From Selaginella moellendorffii (taxonomy: Eukaryota > Plantae > Lycopodiophyta): 64,000 nt of DNA. Positions 60,884-64,000 of the stretch are shown in pieces (positions within the stretch are counted from its first letter, which is position 1; each line of letters starts with the position of its first letter). Location of the stretch: assembly GCF_000143415.4 (NCBI RefSeq), contig NW_003314282.1, forward strand, positions 1,507,374 to 1,571,373, in the 5' to 3' direction. The notes below the pieces were generated by a model. It did not search any database, had not been told where the DNA came from, and saw nothing but the letters and a program-made list of their open reading frames with translations. The translations under genes and the position numbers were made by a program.

Positions 60884-61745
60884 TAAACCGTTTATCTTTC
60901 TTTCGCGCACCACTCCCGTTTTAAGGGGGCGTCCACACGTTTTCTTGTTGTAAGTGAGTGGGCTTTGGTGCGGCAAACAACGTTACAGGGAAAACGGCAG
61001 CTAACTAAAAATCTGCCACAAAGCGAGAAAGAACAGCATTCGAATTTTCAAAGGAGTCCATGTGGAAATGCGATGACTTTGGAAATTTATATTTTAATCA
61101 GCATAAAAATTAACAATACGATTTATTTAATAACCTATTACTATGATTATTTCAAAAGATTTAAAATAATGTCTTTCTCAGTACATTGCGGAGAAAATGA
61201 AAATGAATAATTTAGAGTAGTAAAAATTTACGCGGATATATAGTGTAGCTTCGGACTTGGATTGAAAAATAGCAAAACTTTACCTCCTGGTTATGAACAG
61301 TCCCGAGGAAGAAAACTGTGGCGAACTAACCCGGTCCTAAGAAGTTATAAGGCGTGTCACGTAGGAAATTACGCGTGATTGAAAACTTGAAGCACAATGA
61401 CAATCCCGCTGTCTTGTTTCTCCTACAGCAATGTTATGAGAACCTGGAATAAACAAAAAGGAAGGAAACGCAAAAGAAATGCTTACAAATGTAAATGTAC
61501 CTTTCGTTCCTGCGAGATTTTGATCTCATCCCGCAGCTATCTGCAAACACTGACTATATATATATAGTCAGTTGATTCTCTATGTATAGAGAATCAAGAA
61601 CAATAGAAGATTGGAGCAGACCTTATGCCTGAAAACTTCATGACAATTTGAGGCTTTTCTCGCTATCCTGAAAAACAACACAAACTATCAGTAGAAATAA
61701 CAAGAGAAATACCTCTAAGCGCCGGAGCTGACTGCCTTGCCTTCT

Positions 61746-63420
61746 TCACCTGGTCTGGGAGACGAGAATGTAAGAAGCTGATCTCCCAGACTCGGAACGA
61801 AGAACTTGCTTCGCTATGGTGGCTCCTCGATCGGCATCTCCGTGATTGTTACACGCCGAGAGCAAACACTTCCAAGCAACTCCATCCGGCTGGAATGGCA
61901 TGCTCTGGATCAAAGCCTCGGCCTCGTAAAGCAGCCCCGCTCGTCCCAAGAGATCCAAAACACATCTGTAGTGCTCCGGAACTGGCCGAAGATAGTGATC
62001 CTGGAGCATCGAGCTAAAGTGTTCCAAGCTTTGCTGTAGCAGCCCGACGTGAGAACAAGTGTGGAGGATGCACGTGTAGCTCACTTGATCTGGTTGGAAC
62101 CCCTCGAGGATTTGCTGCCGAAGGATGAGCTCCATGGCATCACACTTCTGGTGCTTGGAGCACGCCGCGAGCATCGAGTTCCACGAGAACAAGTCCCTGA
62201 AGCGCATTCTTCCGAACACTGACTCGGCCTCGCCAAAGCTGCCACACTTTGCATAAAAGTTGACGAGCGCGTTTTGGACGGTGATGGAAGAATCGTAGGC
62301 CCCGGAAACAGCGACTTTGCTGTGGATTTTTCTCCCTTTGGTGGCATCTCCAGCGATCGAGCAAGCCGCGAGAACGCTGGCGTAAGTGATCGCGTTGGGC
62401 TTTTCTGGATCAAGCTATGAAAACTAAGAAGACAGTGCATAAAGAAAAGAGAAACAACTTACGAGGAGACGAAACCATTCTCTCGTAGAGCTCGATCGCA
62501 GGGACTCCATAGCCAAACTGGACGTAACCAGCGATCATAGCGTTCCAGGAAACGATGTCTTTGATCGTCATGGACTCGAAAGCCTCTCTCGCTTCGCCCA
62601 TGCTTCCACCTCTCACATACATGCTCACGAGAGCGTTGAAAGCCGCCACGTCCAAGCGAATTCCAGAGCCCAAGATCATCTGGTGGATTTTCCTTCCGGT
62701 CTTGAGATCTTTTGCGGCACCCAGAATCGCCGAGTATGTGAAGCAATCCCTCTCCAGATCCATGCTCTCAAAGAGAAACATTGCCTGGAAAAAATCCCCT
62801 CTGTGGGCATATGCTGTGATCATCGTGTTCCAAGACACGACAGTCCTGTTCTTCATCCCGTCAAATGCTTCCCTCGCTCGATCGATGCTGCTACACTTGA
62901 AATACATCGTCACCACAGCCGTGGCAACGATCGCGTTGGAATCAAAACCACCAGCGAGGATCCTCTCGTGGAGAGCTTTCCCCGCGCCGAGCTCTCCCAG
63001 AATGGAGCAAGCGCTGAGGATGCTTACCATCGTGATCGCGTCCGGGCGCGTCCTTCCCTCGCAATTCATAGCCGCGTAGAGCTCCAGCGCCGCGCGCTCT
63101 TGCCCTTGCCTCACGCACGCCGCGATCAAGATGTTCCACGACTTGACATTGGGGCGGGCCAGGTTCGCGAGCACTGCCCTGGCGTCCGCGATGCCGCCCT
63201 CGTCGCCATGGCTGCTGTAGGCGCCGATGAGAAGGTTGCCGATGTAGCGATCCCTCGAGTCGATGCCGCTGCGCTTGATCTGGGAATGGACCTGGCGGAG
63301 GCCGGCGAGATTGGAGGAGTAGTGCTTGATAAGGCTCGCGATCGCGGGAATGCCAGGCACTGGTGGCGATGGCAATGGAGACGCGTCAAATTTCCTCCAT
63401 TGCCAGGTAGAAGAAACCAT
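61746..63420 (-). CDS. PLS-class PPR protein with truncated E domain. Exons 63420-62476 and 62414-61746 (~537 aa)
   Basis: PLS repeats. A 61-bp GT-AG intron (62475-62415) joins ...YERM|LDPEKPNAITYASVLAAC in frame. Ends CSHVG...LGRAG...MPFQPD..AWKCLLSAC...SYILVS. Confidence 0.85.
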
Positions 63421-63593
63421 GGCTCAACGATAAACTTAAGAGAAAATTATATTGCTTCTTTCTATTTCTTAACTAAAGACTCTTGATAAACTTTTAAATA
63501 ATGCACCTTATGGATCCTGTTTTTTGGATGAATTTTGTTCCAGGAAAGTATAGCAAAGAGCTAAGAGACTAAGTGAACTTAAAGCTTTAGTGT

Positions 63594-63830
63594 TTAAAGC
63601 TCACCACCATTTCCTCTTTGTATCCACATTGGACAACCTTCTCGTGAGTTATCTTTTCCTTCTCCTTGCATTTGATCCAAGAGATTGATGCACTCATTGC
63701 TTTGTCCATGGTAAGTGTAAGTGGCAATGGCCAAGTTCCATGATGCCAAGTCCTTCTTAGCCATCTCCAACAAGAGCTTGGCTAGCAAGCCTCCATACAT
63801 TATATTATCTCTTATGACATCCTTACTAGC
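63594..63830 (-). pseudogene. AT-rich degenerate PPR fragment
   Basis: EMAKKDLASWNLAIATYTYHGQSNECINLLDQMQGEG is a recognisable S/P motif in a broken context. Confidence 0.55.
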
Positions 63831-64000
63831 ACATTTTGATCATTGCTTATCAACATAATTATGTGTAAAATGATAGAGGCTAAAGACACTTTTGCATTAA
63901 CTTTAATACTGGATGGCATATTCTATGGTAGTCTATTGTGAATTTTACAGAATAATGGGAGTGATAACAATTTTGATTTGGCAATGTTTATTGAGAATCG

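Overview
Eukaryotic (land-plant) nuclear scaffold with four N-gaps. The ~60-bp introns, E-class PLS PPR genes and GC-rich exons suggest a lycophyte such as Selaginella; this is an inference. Four clearly intact genes are present: a PLS-E PPR (7803-10115, +), a 9-exon CYP85-clan/CYP707-like P450 (29599-27162, -), a 4-exon group III XTH (60883-59746, -) and a second PLS-E PPR with one intron (63420-61746, -). A fifth, probably intact gene is an unusually AT-rich secreted protein with an unknown N-terminal domain fused to a GNA/bulb-type lectin (5067-5939). The first ~10 kb is a decayed ~5.2-kb tandem duplication carrying lectin, LRR, XTH, PPR and DPH2-like fragments. The middle ~48 kb is mostly nested, decayed retroelements: a Tat/Ogre-type element, three solo LTRs with perfect TSDs, and a degenerate Mutator-like transposase. 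The most notable signal is a family of Cassandra-like TRIMs whose LTRs carry a 5S rRNA-derived Pol III promoter. There are five dispersed copies plus a rearranged tandem array that has lost its native PBS and the 5S A-box but carries a captured PBS inside each LTR.
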